Of a stretch of 64,000 bases of DNA, positions 25,349 through 40,008 are shown in pieces. The translations under genes and the position numbers were made by a program. The stretch's first letter is position 1, and every line of letters begins with the position of its first letter. This stretch comes from Octopus sinensis (Eukaryota): NCBI RefSeq assembly GCF_006345805.1, contig NC_043003.1:69440001-69504000 (forward strand), read 5' to 3'. The notes under the pieces were generated by a model. The model had not been told where the DNA came from. It did not search any database and saw only the letters and a program-made list of their open reading frames with translations.

Positions 25349-25352
25349 TATG
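25261..25352. repeat. (TA)n microsatellite (others at about 32266-32312, 50247-50328, 59823-59882)
   Basis: Direct reading. Confidence 0.97.
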
Positions 25353-27980
25353 TATGCGTGTGTTTGTGCCCCCAACATTGCTTGACAAGCAATGCTGATG
25401 TGTTTACATCCCTGTAACTTAGCAGTTAGGCAAAAAGAGACTGATAGAATAGGTACTAGGCTTTAAAAGATTAAGTCCTGGGGGCGACTTGCTTGACTAA
25501 AAAGCAGTGCACCAGCATGGTCAAAGTCAAATGACTGAAACAAGAGTAAAAGAATGACCATTTTGTGCTTTTCCTCAAGAATAAGGCCACAGCATCCAAT
25601 ATGCTCTTTCTATTGTAAGGTACAATTTGAGGGAGAATCAGGCAGGGGCTCCCTCACAAGTTTTTAAAATCTAATCATCTCAACGGGAAGTTGATCCCCT
25701 ATCTTTTTATCTTTTATTTGTTTCTGTCATTGGACTGCAGTCATGATGGGTTTAGCTGAATAAATCCACCCCCACTACTTAATTTTTTTATAAGTCTGGT
25801 ACATATTCTATCAGCCTCCTTTGCTGAAACAAATTACAAGGGCATAACCAAACCAACACCAGTTATCAAGTGGTGTAGTGACAAACACAAAGACACTCAC
25901 ATATGATAGACTCCCACAGTTTCCATCTACCTCTTTCGCTCACAAGATACTGGTCAGCCAGGTGCTACAAATAGAACACACTTGTCCAACATGCAGCACA
26001 ATTGGATTGAACCCAAAAACCAGTAGTTGCAAAGCAAGCTTCTTAACCACAAAGACATGCCTGTGCTTAAGCAAGACTGAATTTCATATATTCAGTCGGT
26101 CAAACAGCTGAAAGAAAATATGAAAACCAAGTCGTTTCTGGTGGGATCTGAACTTAAATATCATCGGATAAAATCATTTACCCACAACGTATCATCTTCG
26201 GTTTTCATAGAAATGATTGCAATATTAAAAATAAAAGATAAATAGCAAAAATTGCTGGTGCAAGTTACTTCCTAAGAAATATTTCAAAACAAAATTAAAT
26301 TATTTTCTATAATTAACTAATATAATTCAAGATATAAAAATATTTGCTGAGATCAGAAAAATATATACAGAAGCACTTTAAGATTGGCAATAATAATGTT
26401 GCAAAATTTTTATTTTACCAGGATGCATCAAATAACATTTTTTCACACAGTCTGAGTCAAAAACTGTATCTCACAACCCAATGAGGGTATCTCAAGCTTC
26501 TAGAAATAGCACCCAAATATCCTCAAATGACACCATGCTATCTTGAAAAAGAAAAAAGAAGGCCAGATTGGATAATGCAATCCTGGATGCCATGTCTTAA
26601 AACAAGGACTGGACAAGGCTGGAATTCTTCTGATTGTCTTCTTTGTTTCTTATCAGAAGTGGTCTACAGTTATATATAACTAAATAATCCTAAACTTATT
26701 TTGGATAATCTTTCAACTTTGTATCTATATTCCACTACCAGCTTACACTTGTCCATAAATCCATACAACTATATGGCCCCTTTACACACACACAGAAGCC
26801 AGTATTTTACATTCAAACTTTCCCTCAAAGACACTTTATACATCAGCCAGACATGTATCCCTCAAATTATACTGTCTTAAAAGGAAGGGACACATTGGAC
26901 AATGTAGTCCTAGATACATAATGCACCAGAGAAAAACAGAATGATTGAGGTTGGAACACTTTTGATCATTTGTCTGCACATTCAGCTATCCTGGAACCAA
27001 AACAACAACAAACATATTCAATTTATCATCACATTGCTAATCTGCTAATCCTTTATCTCATGATATGTAATCTACATTAAGATTAGATGACACTAAACTA
27101 AGTGGAACAGTTCTGTCCATAAATTTAGATAATTCATAAAATTAATTTCAAATTTTAGCACAAGGCCAGCAATTTCAAGAGGCAGAGTAAGTTGATCACA
27201 CTGATTCCAGTGTGTAACTGGTACTTATTTTATTGACCTCAAAAGGATGAAAGGCAAAGCTGACCTTGGTAAACTCAGAGTGTAAAGATGGACAAAATAC
27301 CATTAAACATTTTACCCAGTGTGCTAATGTTTCAGCCATTTTGCCACCTTATAATTGCATAAAATATTGGAGTAGGGCTGTCAACAATACAAACTTCTTG
27401 TTTTAATGTGACATAAATTTTAACTTGCATCAAAATTTCATGTTCATTTTTGTTCCAAACACCAGCTAAATTTAGTAAAGTTACTTTACTAAAATTTTTT
27501 TTCTTTTTTTTTTCCCAAAATTAACTGTGAAGCAAAGGCGGCATTTTTCAACAGAAATATTATTTACAGTAGCAGGTCAAATATGACCAGATTAACTACT
27601 AATCTAAATTAAGATGGCATTATTTTTAATTCCCGGCATTACATCAGTTGGTCCGATCACTGACATTTGGATTCAAATATTTATTTTTAAAAGAAATGCA
27701 TTCTTTCGGGTGGCATCAACTTAATGAAAATTGTCATTCTCACATTAGTAGGTCATGACAAAATTAAAAAAAAAAAAAAGGATTTAAACGGAAAAATCTT
27801 TCGTAGCTAAACCGAAGACTATATATAATTATTATCAATATTAATTTCAGAATAATTTTTCTAAGTGCTGCTAGCATCTTAGTATTCTTAATAACATAGT
27901 AATTTTGTGAGCATTCTAAACATTAAAACACACAGCTATTGATTATTATCAGATAGGATTAACTGAACACATGACACGTA

Positions 27981-29872
27981 TATATTTAGCATGGCTGTCA
28001 GGTAAAATTTCTGTTAATATACAGCTTGAATTAAACAACTATATTCTAAAATGGTGTTCCTACCTGTAACACTCGCACCCAATAGTTTTTTTCTTTTTTT
28101 TAATTAGTAAATAGTTTATAAAGCTAAAACATTTAAATCACATTTTAACTGAATTCAGCATATTTTGAATTTTAGATTTTGTGTCTTAATATCTTTTTAT
28201 TTACTTATGAATCTTTATTTCACTGGTTTCAGTCATTAGGCTGCAGCCATGGGGCATGGACCTTAATGAGTTCAGTTGAATGAATCAATCCCACAACTTA
28301 TTTTTAAGCTTGGTGCTTATTCTATCAGTTTCTTATACTGAACTGTGGGGATGTAAACAAACCAAAACCGGTCACCAAACAGCAGGGGGACAAATACAAA
28401 GTTACACACAACAGACTTCCACACAGTTTCCATCTACTAAATTCACTGACAAAGCATAGATCAGCCAAGGACTATAAAAGATACTTGCCTAATGTGTCAT
28501 GCAGTGAGACTGAACCCATAACCACATGGTTGCAAAGCAAGATTCTTAACCAAACAGCCATGCTTGCACCTACATGGGGTTCTATTTTATGCATTCATAT
28601 CTGAAAGACATATATTTAGCATGGCTGTCAGGTAAAATTTCTGTTAATATACAGCTTGAATTAAACAACTATATTCTAAAATGGTGTTCCTACCTGTAAC
28701 ACTCGCACCCAATAGTTTTTTTCTTTTTTTTAATTAGTAAATAGTTTATAAAGCTAAAACATTTAAATCACATTTTAACTGAATTCAGTATATTTTGAAT
28801 TTTAGATTTTGTGTCTTAATATCTTTTTATTTACTTATGAATCTTTATTTCACTGGTTTCAGTCATTAGGCTGCAGCCATGGGGCATGGACCTTAATGAG
28901 TTCAGTTGAATGAATCAATCCCACAACTTATTTTTAAGCTTGGTGCTTATTCTATCAGTTTCTTATACTGAACTGTGGGGATGTAAACAAACCAAAACCG
29001 GTCACCAAACAGCAGGGTGGACAAATACAAAGTTACACACACAACAGACTTCCACACAGTTTCCATCTACTAAATTCACTGACAAAGCATAGATCAGCCA
29101 AGGACTATAAAAGATACTTGCCTAATGTGTCATGCAGTGAGACTGAACCCATAACCACATGGTTGCAAAGCAAGATTCTTAACCAAACAGCCATGCTTGC
29201 ACCTACATGGGGTTCTATTATGCATTCATATCTGAAAGACATATATTTAGCATGGCTGTCAGGTAAAATTTCTGTTAATATACAGCTTGAATTAAACAAC
29301 TATATTCTAAAATGGTGTTCCTACCTGTAACACTCGCACCCAATAGTTTTTTTCTTTTTTTTATTAGTAAATAGTTTATAAAGCTAAAACATTTAAATCA
29401 CATTTTAACTGAATTCAGTATATTTTGAATTTTAGATTTTGTGTCTTAATATCTTTTTATTTACTTATGAATCTTTATTTCACTGGTTCAGTCATTAGGT
29501 TGCAGCCATGGGGCATGGACCTTAATGAGTTCAGTTGAATGAATCAATCCCACAACTTATTTTTAAGCTTGGTGCTTATTCTATCAGTTTCTTATACTGA
29601 ACTGTGGGGATGTAAACAAACCAAAACCGGTCACCAAACAGCAGGGTGGACAAATACAAAGTTACACACACAACAGACTTCCACACAGTTTCCATCTACT
29701 AAATTCACTGACAAAGCATAGATCAGCCAAGGACTATAAAAGATACTTGCCTAATGTGTCATGCAGTGAGACTGAACCCATAACCACATGGTTGCAAAGC
29801 AAGATTCTTAACCAAACAGCCATGCTTGCACCTACATGGGGTTCTATTTTATGCATTCATATCTGAAAGACA
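27981..29872. repeat. Direct tandem triplication, 3 x about 630 bp, near-identical; each unit contains a SINE
   Basis: Units start at 27981, 28611 and 29242 (tatatttagcatggctgtcagg) and differ by a few substitutions and indels. Confidence 0.97.
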
Positions 29873-29882
29873 TATCTGTAAG

Positions 29883-30037
29883 CACTAGTGTAGCTGGGGG
29901 GGGGGGGGGGTGCAGTAGGAGCTGTCTGCCCCGGGCAGCACTTTTGGGGCTGCTGTAGGCAATGTGTTCTTTGTGGGGTCCAAGGGTGGCAAACGGAAGG
30001 GCAACCCAGGGCAGCACACACTCTAGCTACACTAGTG
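29883..30037. mobile_element. hAT-type MITE, 155 bp, GC-rich
   Basis: 13-bp TIR CACTAGTGTAGCT / AGCTACACTAGTG; 8-bp TSD TCTGTAAG / TCTGCAAG. Confidence 0.8.
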
Positions 30038-30468
30038 TCTGCAAGCATTGTCACTATTACATTGTTATCTAAGAAATTCAAAATTAAGAATCTAGTTTTT
30101 AACATAAAAGGTTTCAATGCTGCAATCACAAAAATTGGAATTGAAAAGTTTCATCATAACTGATAAGGAAATCTCATGTAAAATAAATCCTACATACCAA
30201 TAACACCATTCATGTTTATATGAATCTATATGGATCTAATACATAGTTTGTACTATAGTAATAATTGTTTAGCCCCAGGTCAGCCTAAATGGACACGACT
30301 TTGATAAAAAGCATTAGCATACTGGTAATGGTTTACATGGGAGCCAACATGGTTCAGAATTTAATCTTACTGCAGGGTCTACTTTGGGTGAGGGCATTTT
30401 ATAGGTTGAGCAAGTGCAATTTGGAAATAGATGGAAATGAGGAAGCCCAGCATATATGTGCATATATT

Positions 30469-30517
<49 letters not shown>

Positions 30518-31431
30518 GAACACACACATTCGTGTGTGTGTGTGTAAAAATCAATAGCAGTGAAGATGTACACGTTGACACAAAAATAAAAAGAACCACC
30601 AGTCTTTGAACAAAACCTATTATAATATTTGTTCTGCAGTCAACTGCAAATACTCCCTTGTTACTATCAGTGCCAAAAATGCAATAAGTGATTGGCTTAT
30701 TGGCAATATATAACCAATAGTACTATAGTGCACTGCTTTCAATATAAAATATATGTATTTTAGTCATGAGCAACACATTTTGTCTTTTGTTTCCTTCTTT
30801 ATTTTCTCCATATAATGTATCTAGAGCTTTGGATGAGGTCAGGATAATAAGGTACACTTTGAGGGCAATTTAGCTACTATTTCTAACATCATTCAGTAAT
30901 CCTTTTATGTACAAAAATAAGGTTGCTAGGTTGACTGAATGTGTAGCTTGTGATAGTCTTTTGTTGTTTTTTTTTAATCTGTTTTTATTCACTACAAAAA
31001 CATAACTGCAATTAAGATTCCCCAGGTAAAGATCTCATCAAAATTCGAAATTGTAAACGAAACAATTTAAGATAAAACTGCTTTTTATTCAACATTTCCA
31101 ATTCACTTATAAATGTGGTTACTCAATGTATAAATCAAAGGCCTAAAAGAGTTTCGTTTAAACTAAAAAGAAAAAACAGTATGAAGGTCAAGGTGTTGAC
31201 ACAAAGTAACAACCCTCAACTGTAACCCATTATAATACAGTTTACATCTGTGAAATAAAAAACAAAAACGTTGCTTATCATGAAACAAGTCAAAATAATT
31301 TAACACCAAATTTATTCTAATTTAATCCTTTCTTTTCTCGGTATTCAAAAACGAAAACTTCAATTGAAACAACTTTTATTTTATTCACACAAATATTAGT
31401 ATTTCTCACGACCTTTATAACCCCACATTTA

Positions 31432-31516
31432 AATTACTTATACAAATTTATCCAAATTAGTACCATTGGCTAATTGAGTTATTTCCCTTAACAGATGAAC
31501 ATGTGTATATGTGAAA

Positions 31517-31551
<35 letters not shown>

Positions 31552-31903
31552 TGTATGTGTGTATATATGTATGTATGCGTGTGTATATGTGTGTGTATAT
31601 GTGTGTATGACAATCCATGTTGATAGAAACAGAGAGTGAAAAAGAAGCTGGCAGGATTAGACAGATATAGTATCATGCTGCAATATCCAGGAGAACTTTA
31701 GAAGGCTTAACCTAGATGTCTTTCAAAAATAATGCATTAAAGACAACTGCAATACTATGCTGCATATCAAACTGTGAATAAGATAAAGTTTGGGAAATGA
31801 GAAATATGTTTCACAAGTGAAAAGTGTAAGGAAAATGTATTGCAGAAAACCAACTGAGGGAAATAACTCAATTAGCCAATGGAACAAATCTGGATAAGTA
31901 ATT
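31432..31903. mobile_element. Unclassified fold-back element with about 45-55 bp TIRs around a (TG)n tract
   Basis: Perfect 26-bp inverted repeat CCATTGGCTAATTGAGTTATTTCCCT (31463-31488) / 31857-31882, extending imperfectly outward. Confidence 0.6.
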
Positions 31904-31925
31904 CAAAGGTGTAGGTGATGTACTG

Positions 31926-32259
31926 AATGTAATCACTCTCTATATATAAACGGCAAAATGTCTGTCTGTGTGTGTGTGTGTGTCCTTTATACAAACCCAC
32001 AATTTTTCAGTTAGAGGGCTCGCACTTTCTATGGTCATTCAAAACCATCCAAGGGTGGTCGTGCACATCTTTACATTTCCCCAGTCACTCCACAAAGCCA
32101 TTAAAAAATCAATAGAAGTTACTTTTTTCTGAATTTTCTATCCAAAACCCAATCAAAATGCCCGAAACTTGATACGCCAATTGAATGCCAGCTAGCTGTA
32201 TGCGATTGGTCGGAGATTTGGACAGTACTCGCATGTATGTGTGCACGCATGCAGCTGTA

Positions 32260-32319
<60 letters not shown>

Positions 32320-32320
32320 G
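31926..32320 (+). mobile_element. Non-autonomous Helitron-like element
   Basis: Starts TCTCTATATATAAAC, then a (GTCT)/(GT) microsatellite, ending (TA)n..GCACTAG; no clear 3' hairpin. Confidence 0.45.
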
Positions 32321-32966
32321 CACTATAAATTCCTAATTAATTCCAATACCTCTTAGCTGGAGAAATTAAACAAAATCCTAGAGGTAATTTTTAGTGACAC
32401 TCAGAAGAAAAGATCATTTTAAGTTATTTTACATGCTTAATGGAAGAAAAGTCTGATCTTTATTTGAATACAAGGGACAACTATGGGTATGTTTCAGTCT
32501 ATTCAACCTCATCAATAAAGAGACGAGAAAGTTTTTAACATAGAGAAAAAGAGTTACAAATAATTTTCAACCAGCATAATTTGCAAAATTAAAAATATAA
32601 CAAGTTAAAGGAAATAACTGAAATGGACTAATAGCATAAATATGGATAATTAAGTGTGATGCACTGAAAGTTGCATGCAAAATTTTTTTAAATTAACAGA
32701 AATCTCTCTCTTAGTTAGAGGGAGACAGTAAAACCTAGTGACAATCATTCACAACTTTCAAAGGAATGCGGAGATAATTTAGAGAAATTAAAATGGTAAT
32801 ACAGTTCTTTTATCTCTAACTTTTTTCAGTCATCAGACTGTGGCCATGCTGGGGCACTGCCCTGACAAATTAGTCGAACAAATCAACCCCAGTACATTTT
32901 TTTCTTCAAGCCATGTGGTTGGGAAGCAAATTATAAACACACAGGCACATTTGCAAACGTTATAAC

Positions 32967-33044
<78 letters not shown>

Positions 33045-36000
33045 TGTGTGGTATGTAGCTGGCTTACTAACCACATGGTTCCGGGTTCAGTCCCACTGCA
33101 TAGCACCTTGAGTGGATTTGGTAGACGGAAACTGAAAGAAGCCCATCGTATGTGTGTGTGTGTGTGTTTGTCCCCCCCAACATCGCTTGACAACTGGTGT
33201 TGGTGTGTTTACATCCCCATAACTCAGCAGTTCAGCAAACGAGACTGATAGAATAAGCACTAGGCTTACAAAGAATAAGACTAGGGGTCTAGTTGCTCAA
33301 TTAAAGGCGGTGCTCCAGTATGGCTGCAGTCAGATGACTGAAACAAGTAAAAGAATTTAATAGTGGGGTCTGTGGAAATTCCACAAAACGAAAAAGATAA
33401 AGAGAAACTGTTTAAGAAAGAATGGATGACTTGCATTTTTAGTTTTATTTTGCTTAGTTATTTCACTTCCAGTCACAATACTATAGTGTAGGAGTGGCTG
33501 TGTGGTAAGTAGCTTGGGTACCAACCACATGGTTCCAGTTTCAGTCCCACTGTGTGGCACCTTGGGCAAGTGTCTTCTACTACAGCTTCAGCCCAACCAA
33601 AGCCTTGTGAGTGGATTTAGTAGACAGAAACTGAAAGTAGCCCATTGTGTGTGTGTGTGTATGTTTGTCCCCCAACATCGCTTGACAACTGGTGTTAGTG
33701 TGTTTACGTCCCCATAACTTAGTGGTTTTTGAACTCAGAACATGAAGATGAACGAAATACCACTAAGCTTTTTCTCCAGCATGCTAACAATTCTGCCAGC
33801 TCACCGCCTTAATAATAATGATGATGATAATGGTTTCAAATTTTGCCACAAAGGCACCAATTTTGGAGGGGATGGGTCAATTACATTGACCCCAGTGTTC
33901 AACTGGTATTTATTTTATCGACCCCAAAAGGATGAAAGGTAAAGTCAACCTCAGCAGAATTTGAACTCAGAACATAGCAGCAGACAAAATACTGCTAAGC
34001 ATTTTGCCCAGCATGCTAATGATTCTGCCAGCTCACCACCTTAATAATAATAATGATAATAACGGTTTCAAATTTTGGCACAAGGCCAGCAATTTCAGGG
34101 GAAGAGATAAGTCAATTACTTTGACCCCAGTATTTGGCTGATATTTATGAAGCACAAAGTTGACCTTGTCAATATTTGAACGGAGAACATAAAGAGATTG
34201 GAAGAAATGTCATGTCCTGGGAGGCTAAAATTCTGCCAGCTAATAATAATAATAATATTAATAACTATTTAACATCCATTGTCCATGCTGGCATGGGTTG
34301 GATGGTTTGACCAGGGCTGGTAAGCTGGAAGACTGCACCAGATTTGAGTCTGGTTTGACACTGTTTCCACGGCTGGAATTCCCTTCCTAACACCAACCAC
34401 TCCAAGAACGTAATAGGTGTTTTTATGTGCCACCAGCACAGGTGCCATGGCTGTGATTTTGCTCAGCTTGATGGGTCTTTTCCTCGAGCACGACATAATG
34501 CCAAAGGTCTTGGTCATTGCCTCCATGAGGCCCAACACTCAAAAGGAAGTTTACCTCTGCAAGGCCCAATGTTCAATGATAATAATAATCCTTTCTACTA
34601 AAGGCACAAAACCTGAATTTGAGAGTAGAACAGCCAGTTGATTACATCGACCCAGTGATTCACTCGTACTTAATTTATTAACCCCAAAAGGATGCAAGGC
34701 AAAGTCGACCTCAGTGGAATTTGAACTCAGAACATAAGGCTGGATGAAATGCCACAAAGCATTTTGCTTGGTGTACTAATGATTCTGCCAACTCGCAATA
34801 ATAATAACGTGGCACAGGGGGATGACAAAGGAATGATGGGAAAATAGGAAACACACACGATGATACACATACATGCCCAATTCCAACACCTTATCATAGT
34901 AACAAGAAAAAGAAACAAAAATTATAATTATGGACTCATTATGCATTTGAATCGGAAATAGAAGAATACATTTTGAAACTAGTGAAATAGAATGAACTTG
35001 TTTCATGGAAAAATTACAATAGAGATAGAGGACATGAGGAATAACTTGTATAAGGTTTTATTTTATCAAAAATGTTAAAGAGTTCATATCTAAACAAGAT
35101 ATAGACCTCTGAAATAATAGGAAAGATGGCAGAGAAGACATCATGCTGACTTTAGATAATGCGAAATGACACAAAATATGAGAAAAATGTCATGTGATAT
35201 GCATAAAAAGAATTTAAAATTTCTTCCAAAGGATTCTATTTATAGCAGTAAATCTTATTTCCAAGTTAAAAGACTTTTAACTGCCAGTTTAAAGGTTGCT
35301 GGTTCCAGTGCAAGAAGATTCAATTCTGAATACTAGTAACAGATTCATCATCATCATCAGTTTTGACATCCACATTTCTATGCTTACATGGGTCGGAAGG
35401 AACTTCTTGAGGTGAATTTTCACATGACCAGATGCTCTTCTAGTCAACCCTCACCTGTTTCCAAGAAAAATCCTTTCTACTATAGGCACAAAGCCTGAAA
35501 TTTTGGAGGGGGCTAGCCAATTATATCGGCCCCAGTGCTTGATTGGTACTTATTTCATTGACCTCCAAAAGAATGAAAGGCAAAATTGACCACAGTGAAA
35601 TTTAAACTCAGAACACAAAAACAGATGAAAGGCGGATGATATACAGCTAAGTATTTTGTCTGGTTTGCTAATGACTGAAAGCACACCACCTTTATTTCCG
35701 AGTAAAATAATATTTCCCTGTGACCAGACATCTTTCACATAAATGGAAGATTGGAGTAGTAATCTGAATGGCATCCATCCTACTCTGAGAATCAAGAAGT
35801 GAAAAAACAAAGCAATTATTTGATGGAGATTCTCTTCTGAAGATTATTGTTGTTTCACCATCATAGGAAAAGCTTTCTACAACTGTAGAAATTTCAGAGT
35901 TGTATCTCAATAGCAGCTGACTTGATCTAAAGACCATGTGTTAAGATTGGAACAATTACTCTGTGGAAGATCTATTATAGCCATTGAAATATATTTCATG

Positions 36001-39000
36001 ATGTTTAACATCATCCAACTGCTACCTGGTCATTGACACTGTTCCACTGCAACTAACGAACTAATTACATCATCATCATGGTTATGTCATGAAAATATTG
36101 ACACCTCGTGAAATAAATTGAAAGAGAACTCAACAGCTTTAATAGAGGCACAGGTATGCATAGCTGAGTGGTTAAGAAGCTTGCTTCCCAACCATCTGGT
36201 CTTGGGTTCAGCCCCACTACATCTTTGGGCCAACTAAAGCCTTGCAAATGGGTTTTGTGGAGAGAAACTGAAAGAAGCCGATGACATATAAGCATGCTGT
36301 GTGCATGTTGTCTTGACATTATGTGATGGTCGTAAAGGAGCATCACCATCACATGCGCAGGGCTGATTGTTTCCAGTCTTGTGTGAAAAACTTGTGTGAC
36401 CATGGGGAAATATTACCTTGCTAGGAAACAGGTGAGGGTTGACGACAGGAAGGGCACCTGAAGGTTGGAAATCTGCTTCAACAAATTCCATCTGACCCAT
36501 GCAAGAAAGGAGAAGTGAACATTAGATGATGGTGGTGATTCCTAGCATTGAGCGTTATTAATTGGTTAGACTAGCTCTTCTATGTTAGAAGTTTAAATTG
36601 TATCAATTTTGTACTCAGCCTCATTCAGAAAATTAACAATCCTTAATTTATGAATTAAGAAAATATTTTCCCATTAGAAACATTGGCCCTTTATTTTGAT
36701 GTCAAAGTTTAATAGTTCTTGTTTGCATGGGTTGAGTAGGTCTGCAAGTTATTATATTTAAATCTATTTTTGATATTTCCCCAATCAATGACATCAGTAT
36801 GGGTTTTACAATACAATCAACAGCAATGATAAGGTTTCTAAATAGTATTTAATGGATTACTAATTTAGTACTCAATCACTAGACAACAGCTGCAATTAAT
36901 ATTTTCTTATATTTACTCCAAACAAATGAACACCAAAATAAATCAAATTATTAATTACTATAATAATTACAGAGATAAGTTTTGGATTGTTTTTTTTTTA
37001 AATATAATGAACAAGTAATTTCTAATTAATGAAATATTTTTACAATATTATGACATTTCATTTTCAAGAATATTTTATTTTCTCTTGAGATTTTTTAGTT
37101 GTTTTGTTTTTTGATATTTTTTGTTTGTTTTTTTCCCTGTTAATGTACAATGAAGAGGTGAAAGATAGAATTTTTTAAAATATGTGAAAGTGTGAAAAAA
37201 ATTTTACTCACTGGTTTTAATGCTAATGGTCGCTGAGATTCCACACTGAAAATAGAATTAGATTTATGATGCTAACTCAGATCATCTCAACAAATATTAA
37301 ATATCAATTAGTAGATTAAATCACACAATATTGATTGATTAATGAACAAAAAAAGCAAAGACAAAGTTAATAAAAGAGACAGAAATCTGTGGCTTTATTA
37401 TTTTGGTTATTTAATTTAGGAAGTATCTAACAGTTAAACCATCTGATATCTAGCAGATGATTATCAAAGATGGCAATTAATAAAATTAAAATATGAAACA
37501 ATTGAAAAAAGTAACAATCACAAATTATTTTCTAGCTATTTTCATTTATGCATCCTGGAAAGATTGTTATGCGATATACAGGAAAGACTAACAAGAGAGA
37601 TAACTTTGTAAATTAGCAATACAAATCAAATAGCTAGATAAGGAATTCATTGAATCAAGGTTTTGATTTACCAAGAGAAAATGTAAGAATAGAAGCAGGC
37701 ATGGCCATGTGGTGAGAAGACTGCTTCCCAACCATGTGGTTTTGGTTCCAGTGCCACTGTGTGGAATGTTGGGCAAATGTCTTCGAGTATAATCTTGGGC
37801 CAATCAAAAATTTGTAAGTGGATATGGTAAATAGGAAACTGGAAGAAGCCCATCACATATGTATGAGTGTGTATGAGAGTGCATGTGTGTGTGTGTTACT
37901 TTCTTGTCTTGACTTTTCTTTTCATGACAGTTGCAAATGAGCGTCAATATTACCTTAATTGGAAACAGGTGAGGATTGTCAACAAGAAGGGCATCCAGCC
38001 ATATAAAAATATACCTCAACAAATTTTGTCCAACCCATGCCAGCATTTAAACTGGCCAAAATATTCTGTTTTATGTTCAAACTGATCAGATCTGGCCTCT
38101 CACACATAACCGATGATGTCATTCACATTGTCAAATGATTACATCATCAAAATCTTGAAAAGTTATAAGATAATGCAAATTTAATTGAAAACAATGGGAT
38201 GAATAAGAATTGCATTTGATAGAATAATCCAAATGCTAAAGGGTTAATGCAATGATGATGATGTTTGTTAAGTGATTTATTTCCCAAACAGATAAACCAA
38301 TTATTCCAATTGAACACACAATAGCTGGCAATTTCATTTATTGGGGTTTGATTCCTTTCTGGTGGTATATACTCTGTATAAACACATGGATTAGAAGTTA
38401 GTAATCCATCCTATATGTTGATGTCAATAAACATCTGATTAAATTAATACAAATACAAGATGCACAAAGCAGACTTATATGATTACGTTTCGTATATAGA
38501 ATATATAGGCAGAAAAGCTTAGGAAAATCATGAAATATAAATCAGAGCATATAATCCATTTATTTTTAGTTATAAAAATATTAAAGGTCATCTATATTTT
38601 CCAAAAAGTTTTTCGCTGAGGTAGCAAAAAATCCTATCTTTTCACAGAAAAAATTCACATACTCTCAAATATTTTAGACATATTTTCTTTAATAATAATA
38701 ATAATAATAAATATATGTCTAGTTATTAGATATATATATATATATAAATAAATATATAATAACTAGACTAAGCTGGTATCAAAAACATTTGCCTAACCTA
38801 CATATATAATTTTCATATAAAGGAAACAAATATTACATTTTGTAACCTAAGAATCATCATCATCATCATCATCATCAATATTTAATGTCTACTCTTCCAG
38901 ATTTGCATTAGAGAGAGAATTTTCTTGAGGTTAATTTTCTGTGGCTCAATGTCTTTCTTATTGACAACTCTCACCTGTTTCCAAGTACGGTAATATTTCC

Positions 39001-39334
39001 CCGTGCCCAGAAGTACTTTACAAAGAAGACTAGAAACAAACAACATCACTTGTATGACAGTGATATTTGATTCCAACCATCACATGTCAACGGAATACAC
39101 ACACACAATATATCATCATCCTCATCATCTTTTAACATTCATTTTCCATGCTGATATGGGTTGGAAAGTTTGACAGATCTGGTAAATCAGAGAGCTGCAC
39201 CAGGCTTCAATAGTGTTCTGGTAAGGTTTTTACAGTTGGATGCCCTTTCTAAAGCAAACCACTTTAAAGAGTATACTAGGTGTCTCTTATGTGATGCCAG
39301 GACAGGAGGTTTTTACGTAGCACCAGCATGGGTT

Positions 39335-39672
39335 GAAAGAATACCTAAAGTCTTCATGTACAGACAGTTTGATAGTAGAAACAAAAATGTTGGGCAGCCA
39401 TGGCTCAGGTACAAAAACAAACAGAAAAGCAATCTTTCAGTAACCAACATACCTTATGAGAACCTTGACCAAGTGGCCTTGGAATGGAAAGACTAGGGAT
39501 CTGTGAGAGAAGACGGGATCAAGAACTTCAAATCCAGTTGAATCCATCAGCTATGAGAACTAAGAGGGAGGACAAGCACAGCACAGCAGCAACACTGTCC
39601 CATATTCCACTCTCTTGTGCAATCTGTGGACTGGTCTGCAAAACCTTGGCAGGACTAAAATGTCATACTTGA
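39335..39672 (+). mobile_element. Old RTE LINE 3' remnant
   Basis: RIPKVFMY...GQPWLRYK...LDQVALE and CAICGLVCKTLAGLKCH, the degenerate RTE C-terminus. Confidence 0.7.
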
Positions 39673-40008
39673 TGACTTAACCCTCTCAGACCTGGGTCCC
39701 TGTCATCATCATCATTAAATATCAGTTGTCCATGCTGGCATGGGTTGGACAGTTTGACTGGGCTGGCATGTTGGAAGGCTGCACCAGACTCCAGTCTGAT
39801 TTGACATGGTTTTTTTTATGGCTGGATGCCCTTCCTAACGCCAACCACTCCAAGAATATAATGGGTGATTTTACATGCCACTGGCACGGATGCCATTTGT
39901 GTGACACCAAGGTGCATTAAAATGCCACCAGCATGGGTGCTACGACTGCGGTTTTGCTCAGCTTGATGGGCCTTCTCAAGCACAACATAATGCCAAAGGT
40001 CTTGGTCA

